DNA of 64,000 nt from Candidatus Microgenomatus sp. Lineage in GTDB: Bacteria > Patescibacteriota > Microgenomatia > UBA8517. The notes under the pieces are model-generated. The model did no database searches, was not told where the DNA came from, and saw only the letters and a list, made by a program, of their open reading frames with translations. The stretch's first letter is position 1. The number at the start of each line of letters is the position of its first letter. Shown here piece after piece: positions 48,112 through 58,706 of this stretch. The translations under genes and the position numbers were made by a program. The stretch spans positions 219,139 to 283,138 of the forward strand of contig DYGS01000001.1 of assembly GCA_020724585.1 (NCBI GenBank). Reading direction: 5' to 3'.

Positions 48112-49634
48112 TGAGATTTAGAGAAGCTATTGGTAGGTGGAAATGGGTGATTGGAGGATTATTTGCTGTTTTGTTAGTTGGCTACATAGTTAGATCAATT
48201 AATCTAACCTTGCTCCCAATTTTTGTTGATGAGGCAATATATGTAAGATGGGCGCAAATTATGTCATCAGAGCCAACATTGCGTTTTTTACCTCTTTCTG
48301 ATGGAAAACAACCGCTCTATATGTGGATTTTAATGTTTTTGATTAAATATTTTTCAGATCCTTTATTTATTGGAAGAATGGTATCGGTCATGACGGGGGT
48401 AGGAACAGCATTGGGGGTATTTGTTTTTAGTTACATATTATTTAAAAATAAATCGGTTTCATTAGTCTCTTTGTTTCTTTATATAATATCGCCTTTCTCA
48501 GTTTTTTTTGATCGGTTGGCATTAGTTGATTCAATGCTTTCAATGTTTTGCCTATGGACCGCAATATTGGGTTATTTGACTGCAAAATATGATAGATGGG
48601 ATCTAGCCATGTTGACGGGTTTTTCGCTGGGTTTTGGGTTATTAACAAAATCTCCCGCCATTTTTATTGCATTTTTGCTTCCAACATTTTGGCTGTTATT
48701 AAATATTAGAGGCATCTTAAAGCTTAGCGCGACATATATTATCGCATACCTGATGTACAACATTCAAAGACTTGGTCCCAATTTTGATTTATTAAGTTCG
48801 CGAACAGCTGATTATGTTAGACCGATAAATCATATATTTATAAGTTTTTTTGATCCCCTGATTCCCCATCTTAAAGATTTCTTGGTCTGGGTTGGAAGTC
48901 TCGGTCCATCTGCTATCATCCCTATTTTTTTAGTTGGGATATATTTCGGACTTAAAGAAAAATTAAGAGTAACGATTGTTCTATTAATTTGGTTTCTGGC
49001 TCCAGTTTTTGTTCAAGCTGAGTATGCACTGGCTTTCACCGCTAGATATGTTTACTTTGTTATCCCTTATCTATTTATACTTGCAGGCTTGGCAATAATG
49101 ATAAACCAGAAAGTTATAAGATTCTTCGTTTTGGGATTTATTGTGATATTTGTTGTCCAAAGTATTATTTTTAATTTTTATCTACTGACAAATCCTGAAA
49201 AAGCCCAATTACCAAGAGGGGAAAGGTCAGGATACTTGGAAGAATGGACTGCTGGCCAGGGAATAGCCGAGATAGCAAGCTACCTCAAGAACCAATCATC
49301 AATAATCAATAACCAACAGATTATCGTTGGGACAGAGGGATATTTTGGAACACTACCTGACGGATTACAAATTTATGTTAATGATTACCCAAATATTATT
49401 GTTATAGGCGTGGGTGTAATAATTACTGAAACGCCGCAAAGTTTAAGGGAAGCGGTTGAAGCGGGTAATAAAACATATTTAGTTGTTAATAAGTCTAGAT
49501 TTAGAGCAAATTATGAAGATTTGGGTTATAAGTTAATTTCAAAATACCCGAAAGCGCTAAGGTTGGCTGATTCTGATCAATATGCTAAATTTGGACCGCG
49601 GGAAGAACTTTTCTTTTTCGAAATTACAAAATGA
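48111..49634 (+). CDS. ArnT/GT83-like polytopic membrane glycosyltransferase
   Basis: LLPIFVDEAIYVRWAQ first-loop acidic motif; more than 10 TM helices. Confidence 0.7.
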   Translation: MRFREAIGRWKWVIGGLFAVLLVGYIVRSINLTLLPIFVDEAIYVRWAQIMSSEPTLRFLPLSDGKQPLYMWILMFLIKYFSDPLFIGRMVSVMTGVGTALGVFVFSYILFKNKSVSLVSLFLYIISPFSVFFDRLALVDSMLSMFCLWTAILGYLTAKYDRWDLAMLTGFSLGFGLLTKSPAIFIAFLLPTFWLLLNIRGILKLSATYIIAYLMYNIQRLGPNFDLLSSRTADYVRPINHIFISFFDPLIPHLKDFLVWVGSLGPSAIIPIFLVGIYFGLKEKLRVTIVLLIWFLAPVFVQAEYALAFTARYVYFVIPYLFILAGLAIMINQKVIRFFVLGFIVIFVVQSIIFNFYLLTNPEKAQLPRGERSGYLEEWTAGQGIAEIASYLKNQSSIINNQQIIVGTEGYFGTLPDGLQIYVNDYPNIIVIGVGVIITETPQSLREAVEAGNKTYLVVNKSRFRANYEDLGYKLISKYPKALRLADSDQYAKFGPREELFFFEITK

Positions 49635-49647
49635 TACAATTTAAACT

Positions 49648-51108
49648 GTGGAACAAGAAATTGCAGTAGAAGAAGTCAAATCAAGGTCGGCAAAAGGAAT
49701 AATAGTCTTAACCGGCAGAACTTTTATTTTGCAGCTCATTTCATTTGCGGCCCAACTGTTTCTTTTTGCCTATCTTGATATCTCGGATTTTGGCATTTTT
49801 GCCCTAGTTTCGGCAGTTGTTAATTTTTTGACATACTTTAGCGATATAGGTCTTGCCGCTTCGCTGATTCAAAAGAAAAGTGAGCCAACGCTTCAGGATT
49901 ATAGGACAACATTTACAATTCAACAGACATTGGTGCTAATTTTAATAATTTTGCTATTTTTGTTTTCGGGGAAGATAAGCGGTTATTATGATTTAAATAT
50001 CAATGGTTTATATCTTCTTTATGCTTTAGGCATTTCGCTTTTTTTATCATCGCTTAAAAGCATCCCTTCAGTTATTTTGGAAAGAAAACTTGAATTTACA
50101 AAGTTGGTTATTCCTCAAGTTGCTGAACAAATTATCTACAATGTTTCTCTAGTTTTACTTGCCATGAATGGATTTGGCATTGCAAGTTTTACATACTCTG
50201 TTTTACTTCGAAGTTTTGCAGGTTTGATAATTATTTACTATATAAGTCCATGGAAAGTAGGATTTGATTTTTCAATATCTTCTCTTAAAGAGTTGTTTAA
50301 ATTTGGAATTCCATACCAATTAAATACTTTTTTGGCAACAATTAAAGATGATGGCATGACAATTGTTTTAGGTAGCATTCTTGGTTCAACTGGGATCGGC
50401 ATCCTTTCTTTTGCTCAAAGAATTGGGCGATATCCATTAACTTTTTTTATGGATGCTGTGACAAAGGTTACATTTCCGGCATTTTCAAGGCTTCAGGATA
50501 GTAAGAATGACTTGGAAAAAACCGTAACAAGGTCAATATTTTTCATTTGTTTTCTTGTTTTTCCATCTCTTGTTAGTTTGGTAATTCTTTTGCCTGTAAT
50601 AACCGAGGTTATTCCAAGATATTCCAAGTGGTCTGCGGCATTTTGGCCGCTTTTGCTGATTTCAATAAATTACATGTTTGCGGCGGCAACGACACAATTA
50701 ACCAACTTATTAAGTGCAATTGGAAAAATAAAAATTACCTTCTTTTTAATGATAATGTGGACAGTTTTGACTTGGATTTTTGTGCCGTTTTTGGCATATA
50801 AATTCGGCGTAAATGGCGCATCTTCTGGCTACATGTTGGTGGGTTTGTCGTCTGTTGCCGCCGTGGTTATTGCGAAAAGGTATGTTGATTTTTCAATTAT
50901 CGATTCGATAATAAAACCCTTGCTGGGATCCATAATTATGGGGGTTACCCTCATAGTTTCTACCCGTTTATTGCCTTACAATTTTAATTCTTTGATTATG
51001 CTGGTAATTATAGGCGGGGTATCGTATTTAATATCAATGGTTTCGATAATAGGGGTTAGTTTAATTGAAGATGCTAAAAAAAGTTTTAAGCAAGTGTTTA
51101 ATAAATAA
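49648..51108 (+). CDS. PST-family polysaccharide/oligosaccharide flippase (Wzx-like)
   Basis: 486 aa, about 12-14 TM; N-terminus typical of Wzx-like 'polysaccharide biosynthesis protein' flippases. Confidence 0.7.
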   Translation: MEQEIAVEEVKSRSAKGIIVLTGRTFILQLISFAAQLFLFAYLDISDFGIFALVSAVVNFLTYFSDIGLAASLIQKKSEPTLQDYRTTFTIQQTLVLILIILLFLFSGKISGYYDLNINGLYLLYALGISLFLSSLKSIPSVILERKLEFTKLVIPQVAEQIIYNVSLVLLAMNGFGIASFTYSVLLRSFAGLIIIYYISPWKVGFDFSISSLKELFKFGIPYQLNTFLATIKDDGMTIVLGSILGSTGIGILSFAQRIGRYPLTFFMDAVTKVTFPAFSRLQDSKNDLEKTVTRSIFFICFLVFPSLVSLVILLPVITEVIPRYSKWSAAFWPLLLISINYMFAAATTQLTNLLSAIGKIKITFFLMIMWTVLTWIFVPFLAYKFGVNGASSGYMLVGLSSVAAVVIAKRYVDFSIIDSIIKPLLGSIIMGVTLIVSTRLLPYNFNSLIMLVIIGGVSYLISMVSIIGVSLIEDAKKSFKQVFNK

Positions 51109-52750
51109 TAAATTAGCTGCGTTTCTGATTATTCTTGGATCGATATCGTGGTCGTCTACGATGATTAAAAGCGGCTTCAAATATGAATATGGCTATGGTT
51201 TTTGGGGTGCAAACGGCTATGACGGCGTTTGGCATATAGCTTTAATTAATAATTTGGCAAGATTCAATTTTGAAAATCCGGTTCTTTCCGGAGAATTGAT
51301 TAAAAATTATCACATAGGTTTTGATTTATTCATAGCTATTTTGCATCTAATAACATCAATTCCGGTGAAAACAATTTACTTTCAGCTATTTCCTCCATTT
51401 GCATCGATTATTTTAGGGTTTTTAACTTATCACTTTGTTTATAATTGGACTAAAAGTATAAAATCATCACTTTTTGCGCTATTTTTTATCTATTTTGGAG
51501 GTTCAGCGGCTTGGATTCTCAATTTAGGTGAGTCGGCTTTTTGGTCTCAACAATCAATTTCAACACTGATTAATCCGCCTTTTGCACTTTCTTTGATTTT
51601 TATATTGCTCGGACTTATCTTCATGCAAAAGGGGAAAATTCTTCTTGCGATTTTATCTTTTGGAGTCCTGATCCAGATAAAGGCTTATGCAGCGATTCTA
51701 GTTTTAGGGGGTTTGTTTGTTTCTATTTTTTATTCTTACATCTTACATCATACATCTTATATCTTAAAAATTTTCTTAGGCTCCCTTATTCTTAATCTTT
51801 TACTGTTTTTTTTAGTTAAAAATGATGGACTATCAACTTTTGTCTGGCAGCCATTCTGGTTTTTGGAGACAATGTTTGCTGCGAGCGATCGACTTCCCTG
51901 GCCAAAGATGGCTGAAGCTATGCTTTCTTATAAAAATCAGTCCGTGATTACAAAATTTATATTATCTTATGGTTTGGCTTTTGCAATTTTTATTTTTGGC
52001 AATTTTTGGACACGACTTCTTTTAGTAAAAGATTTATTTAAAAAAATTGATCTTTACAAAATATTTATGTTAAGCATTGTTCTTGCTGGAACCATTGTTC
52101 CCACTTTTTTTGTTCAAACAGGCACGCCATGGAACACTATACAATTTATGTATTATTCTCTATTTTTTGCAGGGATTTTGGCAGGAATTTCTGTTTCCCA
52201 ATTAGTAACATATCGCAAATCAATAATGTTAATTGTTGTTTTATTAACAATTCCTACTTCGTTTTTTAGTTTAATAAATAATTATCTTACAAAGATTCCA
52301 CCCGCAATTGTTTCCAACCAAGAACTGGTTGCACTGGATTTTTTAAATATGCAGGAAGACGGGGTTGTTTTGACATATCCCTTTGATACGGCTTATAACC
52401 CAAAGCAGATTCCGAATAAGATACCTCTTTTTAAATATTCAAACACATCATATGTCCCAGCTTTTAGTAGAAAAAATATCTACTTTGAAAGAACAAATGT
52501 TGAAATTATGGGATACAATTGGGAAGAAAGGAGAAAAAAAGCTCTTGATTTTTTTATAACTACAGATATTGATAAGGCTGGAGAATTCTTAAATAAAAAT
52601 AAGATTAAATACTTATATTTAGTGAAGGAAATGTCTCCTCTTTATGGCGAGCTTTTTAAAGTCGATTCTTCAAAATTAGGGTTAGTAAAGATTTTTGAGA
52701 ATGAAGTAAGTATAATATATAAATATGACAAAAATTTCGGCGGTAGTTAA
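51065..52750 (+). CDS. polytopic membrane protein, possible polymerase/GT-C-type
   Basis: 561 aa, more than 10 TM, large C-terminal soluble domain; no named motif. Confidence 0.5.
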   Translation: MKMLKKVLSKCLINNKLAAFLIILGSISWSSTMIKSGFKYEYGYGFWGANGYDGVWHIALINNLARFNFENPVLSGELIKNYHIGFDLFIAILHLITSIPVKTIYFQLFPPFASIILGFLTYHFVYNWTKSIKSSLFALFFIYFGGSAAWILNLGESAFWSQQSISTLINPPFALSLIFILLGLIFMQKGKILLAILSFGVLIQIKAYAAILVLGGLFVSIFYSYILHHTSYILKIFLGSLILNLLLFFLVKNDGLSTFVWQPFWFLETMFAASDRLPWPKMAEAMLSYKNQSVITKFILSYGLAFAIFIFGNFWTRLLLVKDLFKKIDLYKIFMLSIVLAGTIVPTFFVQTGTPWNTIQFMYYSLFFAGILAGISVSQLVTYRKSIMLIVVLLTIPTSFFSLINNYLTKIPPAIVSNQELVALDFLNMQEDGVVLTYPFDTAYNPKQIPNKIPLFKYSNTSYVPAFSRKNIYFERTNVEIMGYNWEERRKKALDFFITTDIDKAGEFLNKNKIKYLYLVKEMSPLYGELFKVDSSKLGLVKIFENEVSIIYKYDKNFGGS

Positions 52751-53633
52751 TACCCTAAATGAGGAGAAAAAAATTGAAAGGTGTTTATCTTCTCTGAAAG
52801 GTTTTGCTCATGAGATTGTTGTTGTTGATATGATGTCAACGGATAAAACACGCGAAATTGCCAAAAGATTTGGTGCGAAGATTTATAAACACAAAAGATT
52901 GGGCTATGTTGAGCCGGCTAGAAATTTTGCAATTGAGAAGGCTAAATATGATTGGGTTTTTGTGATTGATGCTGATGAAGAAATTAAGAACGATTTAAAA
53001 ACCTACATTAAAAAAGAATTAAAAGATCCAAGGGCCTCTTTTTATAGAATACCCAGAAAAAATATGATCTTTGGCAAATGGATGAAGCATTCCGGCTGGT
53101 GGCCTGATTATAACATCAGACTTTTTAAGAAAGGAAGCGTTTCTTGGAATGAAGTTATTCATTCGGTTCCAATGACGCTTGGGCGGGGATTTGATATACC
53201 TTCCTTAGAGAATTTGGCGATTGTTCACAGACACTATCAATCTATTGAAGAATATCTTCTTAGGATGAACAGGTATACGACAATACAGGCGCGAGACCTA
53301 AACAAAAAAGGCATTGAGTTTAAGTGGAGAATGCTTTTAACAAAGCCGTTGTCCGAGTTTTTACGGAGGTATTTTGCTGAGGATGGTTATAAAGACGGTT
53401 TGCACGGACTTTCTTTAAGTGTTTTGCAGGCTTTTTCAGAGGCAATTCTTTATCTTAAGCTTTGGCAAAAACAAAGATTTTACAAGAAAAAGATTCCGCT
53501 GGGTTTGGTTTTGAAAGAAAAGCAGAAAATTGATAGAGAGATAAAATGGTGGTTTTTAACAAGCAGCCTCAGTGAAAGGAAGCCAATTGTGGAGAGAATA
53601 TGGCTAAGAATACAAAGAAAGTTTCTATCATAG
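52725..53633 (+). CDS. GT2 glycosyltransferase (WaaE/KdtX-like)
   Basis: ISAVVNTLNEE, VIDADEE, WWPDYNIRLF. Confidence 0.8.
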   Translation: MTKISAVVNTLNEEKKIERCLSSLKGFAHEIVVVDMMSTDKTREIAKRFGAKIYKHKRLGYVEPARNFAIEKAKYDWVFVIDADEEIKNDLKTYIKKELKDPRASFYRIPRKNMIFGKWMKHSGWWPDYNIRLFKKGSVSWNEVIHSVPMTLGRGFDIPSLENLAIVHRHYQSIEEYLLRMNRYTTIQARDLNKKGIEFKWRMLLTKPLSEFLRRYFAEDGYKDGLHGLSLSVLQAFSEAILYLKLWQKQRFYKKKIPLGLVLKEKQKIDREIKWWFLTSSLSERKPIVERIWLRIQRKFLS

Positions 53634-54529
53634 TTTTAAGCATTAATTCATATGAAATGCTTAAAAGTTTTGTTGATAATTTAAAAGAACTTGATTTTAA
53701 TGGATTAAGAGTTGATCTTAAAATTATTAACAACGGCAGCAGTGACAAGCGTTATCTTAATTTTAAAAATCTTAAACTTCCCAAAATTGCAATTCATTAT
53801 TTTGATAACGATAAAAATCTGGGATTTGCCGCGGGTAATAATATTGGCATCAAAAAATCACAGGATTCTGATTATCTTTTTTTTGTTAATGATGATGTCT
53901 TTTTATCTAAAAACACTTTAAAAAATTTACTTAACTTTTTGGAAGAAAATAAAAATTGTGGTTTAGTTTCGCCAAAAATTTATTTTGCCAAAGGGTATGA
54001 GTTTCATAAGGATAGATATAAAAAGAATGACTTAGGAAAAGTAATTTGGTATGCGGGTGGAGAAATTGATTGGAAAAATATTCATACAGATCATCTAGGA
54101 GTTGATGTTGTTGATAGGGGTCAATTTGAAAAAATTCAAGAAACAGAACTTATAAGCGGGGCTTGTTTTTTAGCAAGAAATGAAGTTTTTAAAAAACTTG
54201 CAGGTTTTGAAGAAAAATATTTTTTATATTGGGAAGATGCTGACTTGAGTATAAGAGCTAGAATGGCAGGGTTTGGTGTTTATTTTAATCCCAAAGCTCA
54301 TTGTTGGCACAAAGTATCGGTGTCGGCAGGTGGTTCTGGAAGCCTTTCAAATGATTATTTTTTGATTCGAAACAGATATTTTTTTGCAATGAGATATGCC
54401 TCGTTTAGGACAAAATTGGCAGTTTTCAAAGATACTTTAAGACTAATGTTTTTTGGAAGGCCTTGGCAAAAAATTGGGGCAAGAGATGCATTATTTGGTA
54501 TCATGGGGAGGGGGTCATGGCTAGGGTGA
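53600..54529 (+). CDS. GT2 glycosyltransferase (rhamnosyl/galactosyltransferase-like)
   Basis: VSIIVLSINS, FVNDDV, YWEDADLSIRA. Confidence 0.8.
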   Translation: MAKNTKKVSIIVLSINSYEMLKSFVDNLKELDFNGLRVDLKIINNGSSDKRYLNFKNLKLPKIAIHYFDNDKNLGFAAGNNIGIKKSQDSDYLFFVNDDVFLSKNTLKNLLNFLEENKNCGLVSPKIYFAKGYEFHKDRYKKNDLGKVIWYAGGEIDWKNIHTDHLGVDVVDRGQFEKIQETELISGACFLARNEVFKKLAGFEEKYFLYWEDADLSIRARMAGFGVYFNPKAHCWHKVSVSAGGSGSLSNDYFLIRNRYFFAMRYASFRTKLAVFKDTLRLMFFGRPWQKIGARDALFGIMGRGSWLG

Positions 54530-55239
54530 AAATTTCTGCAGTAATTATATATGCGAGCGATTGTGATAAAAAGCTTTTTAGTTTGGCCAAAAAATCAGTT
54601 GTGTGGTGTGATGAACTAGTTTTGATTAATGGCAAGAAAGGTAGTTTTAATGATTGGCGAAATGAAGGTTTAAAAAAAGCCAAAGGTGATTGGGTATTAT
54701 ACCTAGATAGTGATGAAGAAATTACAAAAGATTTAGAAAAAGAAATAGCTGAGACCATAAATACAGCAAATCAGAGATTTAATTATTTTGCTATTCCAAG
54801 GAGAAACAGAATTTTTGGAAAAGAATTTAAATATTCTGGCCAATATCCAGATTATCAAAAAAGACTATTTAAACGAATTGCAATAAAAAGATGGACAGGT
54901 GAGGTTCATGAAGAACCAGAGGTAGAAGGTAAAATGGGACACCTTAAAAATCCAATACTGCACCATAAAAACATGACCATATCTCAAATGGTTGAAAAAA
55001 CAAACAAATGGAGTGAAATAGAAGCCAAATTAATGTTTGAGGCAAATCATCCGCCTATGAATTTTTTAAGGTTTATGTCGGCAGGTTTTCGTGAATTGTG
55101 GTTGAGATTTGTTAAGCAAAGAGCATTTCTTGATGGAAAAGAAGGAATCATATATGGAATTTATCAAATTTATAGTAAACTAATCAGCTATTCAAAATTG
55201 TGGGAAATGCAAATAAAAAGTAGATCCAAAATCATTTGA
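54517..55239 (+). CDS. GT2 glycosyltransferase (paralog of 52725-53633)
   Basis: ISAVIIYASD, LDSDEE, QYPDYQKRLF; ATG at 54517 preferred over the track's upstream start. Confidence 0.7.
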   Translation: MARVKISAVIIYASDCDKKLFSLAKKSVVWCDELVLINGKKGSFNDWRNEGLKKAKGDWVLYLDSDEEITKDLEKEIAETINTANQRFNYFAIPRRNRIFGKEFKYSGQYPDYQKRLFKRIAIKRWTGEVHEEPEVEGKMGHLKNPILHHKNMTISQMVEKTNKWSEIEAKLMFEANHPPMNFLRFMSAGFRELWLRFVKQRAFLDGKEGIIYGIYQIYSKLISYSKLWEMQIKSRSKII

Positions 55240-55270
55240 CTTCGGTATTGTTTTGGACTATTGTTAGTAT

Positions 55271-56083
55271 ATGACTACTTCAGAAGAAACAAGAATTGCA
55301 ATATTTAGACAGAAAGAAATTAGAAAAGTTATACACAAAAATGAATGGTGGTTTGTTGTAGAGGATGTTATTCAAGCGCTAACTGATTCTGTTGATCCAA
55401 AGCAGTATGTTAATAAAATGAAAATGCGTGATATTGAACTTAATAAAGGGTGGGTACAAATTGTACATACCCTTTTAATTCAAACTAAAGGAGGTAAACA
55501 AAATATGGTTTGTTCAAATACGGAAGGTGTTTTTAGAATTATACAGTCAATTCCATCGCCCAAAGCTGAGCCTTTTAAACGCTGGTTAGCTAAAGTTGGT
55601 TATGAAAGAGTACAAGAGATAGAAGATCCAGAACTTGCTCAAAAAAGGGCAAGGGCCATATATAAAGCAAAAGGCTATCCTGATACCTGGATTGAAAGAA
55701 GAATGAGAGGTATTGCAATCCGCGAAGAATTAACTGATGAGTGGAAAAAACATAATGTAAATTTGCCTAAAGAATATGAAATATTGACCGCAGAAATATC
55801 CAAAGCTACTTTTGGGGTAACTCCAAGTGAGTATAAAAAAATTAAAGGACTAAAAAGACAAAACTTAAGAGATCATATGAATGATCTTGAATTACTTTTT
55901 TCACAGCTTGGAGAAGCTGCAACAACAGAAATTACAAAAGTAGAAAATCCAATAGGCTTTAAGGAAAATAAAAAAACTTCATATAAAGGTGGTAGAATTG
56001 CAGGTGAAGCAAGGGAAAAATTAGAAAAAGCCATTAAAAGACCGATTGTATCCTCTGTAAAGTATTTGGATAGTTTGAAGTAA
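55271..56083 (+). CDS. Bro-N domain protein, DinD-like (DNA-damage-inducible protein D family)
   Basis: IAIFRQKEIRKVIHKNEWWFVVEDVIQAL has the Bro-N shape; the remainder resembles DinD-family proteins. Confidence 0.55.
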   Translation: MTTSEETRIAIFRQKEIRKVIHKNEWWFVVEDVIQALTDSVDPKQYVNKMKMRDIELNKGWVQIVHTLLIQTKGGKQNMVCSNTEGVFRIIQSIPSPKAEPFKRWLAKVGYERVQEIEDPELAQKRARAIYKAKGYPDTWIERRMRGIAIREELTDEWKKHNVNLPKEYEILTAEISKATFGVTPSEYKKIKGLKRQNLRDHMNDLELLFSQLGEAATTEITKVENPIGFKENKKTSYKGGRIAGEAREKLEKAIKRPIVSSVKYLDSLK

Positions 56084-56119
56084 TTAACCACAAATTTAGA
56101 CCTCGTCATGGTAAAATAG

Positions 56120-57166
56120 ATGGATACACATATGAAAGCAGCCATTTATAATCCATATCTTGATACTCTTGGTGGAGGAGAGAGGTATACTATCTTTTTT
56201 TGCACAACACTCGCTAAGTTTGGGTTTAATGTTGATATAGAATGGCGGGATAAAAATATTTTGGAGAAACTTAAAAATAGGTTTGGTATTCCAAGACTTA
56301 ATAATCTAAATATAGTTGATAGTATAAACAGGGGTGATGGTTATGATTTGTGCTTTTGGGTTAGCGATGGAAGCATCCCAACATTAAGGTCTAAAAATAA
56401 CATCATTCATTTTCAATTTCCGTTTAAGGATGTAAATGGAAATTCCTTGCTTAATAAAATGAAACTTTTTAGAGTTAATAATATAGTTTGCAATTCATAT
56501 TTTACAAAAGGGTTTATTGATAAGGAATATGGAGTTAACTCAATAGTAATTTATCCGCCGATTGATACTAAAAAATTTAAGGCTAGGCGCAAAGAAAACA
56601 TAATTTGCTATGTAGGCAGATTTTCAAGATTGACTCAGGCAAAAGGCCACAATTTTTTAATTGATGCTTTCAAAAATTTAACCCAAGACTCAAATTATAT
56701 GGATTGGAAGTTGGTTTTGGCGGGCGGTGTCGAAATTGGGGTCGATGATGAGCTTAAAAAACTTAAGAAAAAGGCAAAGAATCTAAAAGTTGAATTTTTG
56801 GAAAGTCCAGATTTTTCAACTATCGTTGATCTTTACGGCAAATCAAAATTTTTTTGGTCGGCAACCGGTTATAAAACTAATGAAAAGAAGGAGCCCCAAA
56901 AATCTGAGCACTTTGGAATGACCTTAGTTGAGGCGATGTCTGCCGGCGCTGTTCCCATTGTTTATAGATCAGGCGGCTTTAAAGAAATAATTAACTCTTC
57001 AGAAAATGGATATTTGTATGATAATATCAGTGATCTTGTTAAAATTACCAAGAATTTAATTACAAATGGGAAACTGACAAGAGAAATGTCAAAAAAGGCA
57101 ATTATAAGGTCTATGGATTTTGACTCAAAAATTTTTGAAAAGGAGGTTTTAAAGTTAATAAATTGA
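56120..57166 (+). CDS. GT4 (group 1) glycosyltransferase
   Basis: EHFGMTLVEAMSAGAVPIVYRSGG (E-x7-E region). Confidence 0.8.
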   Translation: MDTHMKAAIYNPYLDTLGGGERYTIFFCTTLAKFGFNVDIEWRDKNILEKLKNRFGIPRLNNLNIVDSINRGDGYDLCFWVSDGSIPTLRSKNNIIHFQFPFKDVNGNSLLNKMKLFRVNNIVCNSYFTKGFIDKEYGVNSIVIYPPIDTKKFKARRKENIICYVGRFSRLTQAKGHNFLIDAFKNLTQDSNYMDWKLVLAGGVEIGVDDELKKLKKKAKNLKVEFLESPDFSTIVDLYGKSKFFWSATGYKTNEKKEPQKSEHFGMTLVEAMSAGAVPIVYRSGGFKEIINSSENGYLYDNISDLVKITKNLITNGKLTREMSKKAIIRSMDFDSKIFEKEVLKLIN

Positions 57167-57813
57167 AAAAATCGAAAGCACTACTACTGCATGAACATGT
57201 TCCTGCCAATTGGTACCATGAATCTTTAAAAGTAGATTTATTGCAAAGGATTTGGCACGCGACAAGATTTAAGGCGGTCCAAAGATTTGCCTTGAAAGCG
57301 GATAAAGTTTTAGATATTGGGTGTGCTGACGGACTTTTTACAAGAGTTATTTTAAAAACCACCCAAGCCAAGAGAATCATCGGGATTGATGTTGTTAAGA
57401 CTTCTATTAAATGGGCAAAAAAACATTATGCCAAAAATTCCAAAATGAAGTTTATGGTTGGAGACGGACATAATTTAAAATTTAAAAGCGAAAGTTTTGA
57501 TGCGGTTTTTATAATGGAGGTATTAGAGCATGTCGAAAATCCTTTAAAAGTTCTTCTGGAGGTTAAACGAGTGCTTAAAAGGAAAGGCTATGGGATTTTT
57601 TTAGTGCCGTCTGACAATTGGTTATTTAAAATTGTTTGGTGGCTTTGGCTTAATTTTTACCCAAGAGGCTGGGTTTGGAAAGACACACATATACAGACTT
57701 ATAACGGCAATTTTTTGCCAAAACTTTGTAAAAAAGCGGGATTTGTTGTCGAAATTGATTACAAATTCAATTTGGGAATGTTGAATTTGGTAAGAGTAAG
57801 GAAAAAATCATGA
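57163..57813 (+). CDS. class I SAM-dependent methyltransferase
   Basis: VLDIGCADG, IMEVLEHVENP. Confidence 0.8.
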   Translation: MKKSKALLLHEHVPANWYHESLKVDLLQRIWHATRFKAVQRFALKADKVLDIGCADGLFTRVILKTTQAKRIIGIDVVKTSIKWAKKHYAKNSKMKFMVGDGHNLKFKSESFDAVFIMEVLEHVENPLKVLLEVKRVLKRKGYGIFLVPSDNWLFKIVWWLWLNFYPRGWVWKDTHIQTYNGNFLPKLCKKAGFVVEIDYKFNLGMLNLVRVRKKS

Positions 57814-58706
57814 AACTTTCAATTGTAATCCCAAATTATAACGGTAGACAGTTATTGGAGAGCAATTTTTCAAAAGTTATCTCCTTTGTAAAAAATCTAA
57901 AACCTGGCGATGCTGAAATAATCATAGTCGATGACTGTTCAAGAGATGATAGTATTTCATTTTTACAGCAGAATTATCAAAAAGAGATAAGACTCATAAA
58001 ACACACCCAAAATAGAGGTTTTTCGTCTGCTGTTAACACTGGAGTCAGAGCAGCAAATGGTGAATTTATATTTTTACTAAATAATGATGCGTATCCTAAA
58101 AATAATTTTTTTTATAATATTTTAGATCTTTTTGAAGACAAAAAAGTTTTTGCAATTTCTTTAAATGAAGAGAATGGATTTGGTCCTGCTAGTGCAAAAT
58201 TTGAGAATGGATTCGTTGAGCTTGTAAACAGAAAGCCGGTAAAAGGCATTGAAAAAAGCTTTTTTGTTAGCGGCGGTAGCGGAATATTTAGGAAGAGTAT
58301 ATGGAAAGAACTTGGGGGCCTGGATGAAAAACTATTCTCCCCGTATTATTGGGAAGATTTAGATATTTGCTACCGGGCAATGAAGAGGGGATATGTAAAT
58401 CTTTGGGATCCAAATTCAAAAGTTGTTCATAATCATGAATCAACAATTTCAAAGCTAAACAGAAACAAAGTTAATTTAATTCGCGAAAGAAATCAGATTT
58501 TATTTATCTGGAAAAATATATCAAGCAGTAGCTACATCAAAAAACATATAGGCGGTGTTTTTTCAAGAATTTCTGCCCACCCTGGATATTTAAAGGTCTT
58601 GGTTCTTGCAATAGTTAAGGTATTAGCTGTTTTAAAATTAAGGAGAAAAGAGATGAAAGAAACAACTGTAAGCGACGAAGCAATCTTTGCAATGTTTAAA
58701 AGTTGA
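57810..58706 (+). CDS. GT2 glycosyltransferase
   Basis: LSIVIPNYNG, VDDCSRDDS, LLNNDA. Confidence 0.8.
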   Translation: MKLSIVIPNYNGRQLLESNFSKVISFVKNLKPGDAEIIIVDDCSRDDSISFLQQNYQKEIRLIKHTQNRGFSSAVNTGVRAANGEFIFLLNNDAYPKNNFFYNILDLFEDKKVFAISLNEENGFGPASAKFENGFVELVNRKPVKGIEKSFFVSGGSGIFRKSIWKELGGLDEKLFSPYYWEDLDICYRAMKRGYVNLWDPNSKVVHNHESTISKLNRNKVNLIRERNQILFIWKNISSSSYIKKHIGGVFSRISAHPGYLKVLVLAIVKVLAVLKLRRKEMKETTVSDEAIFAMFKS

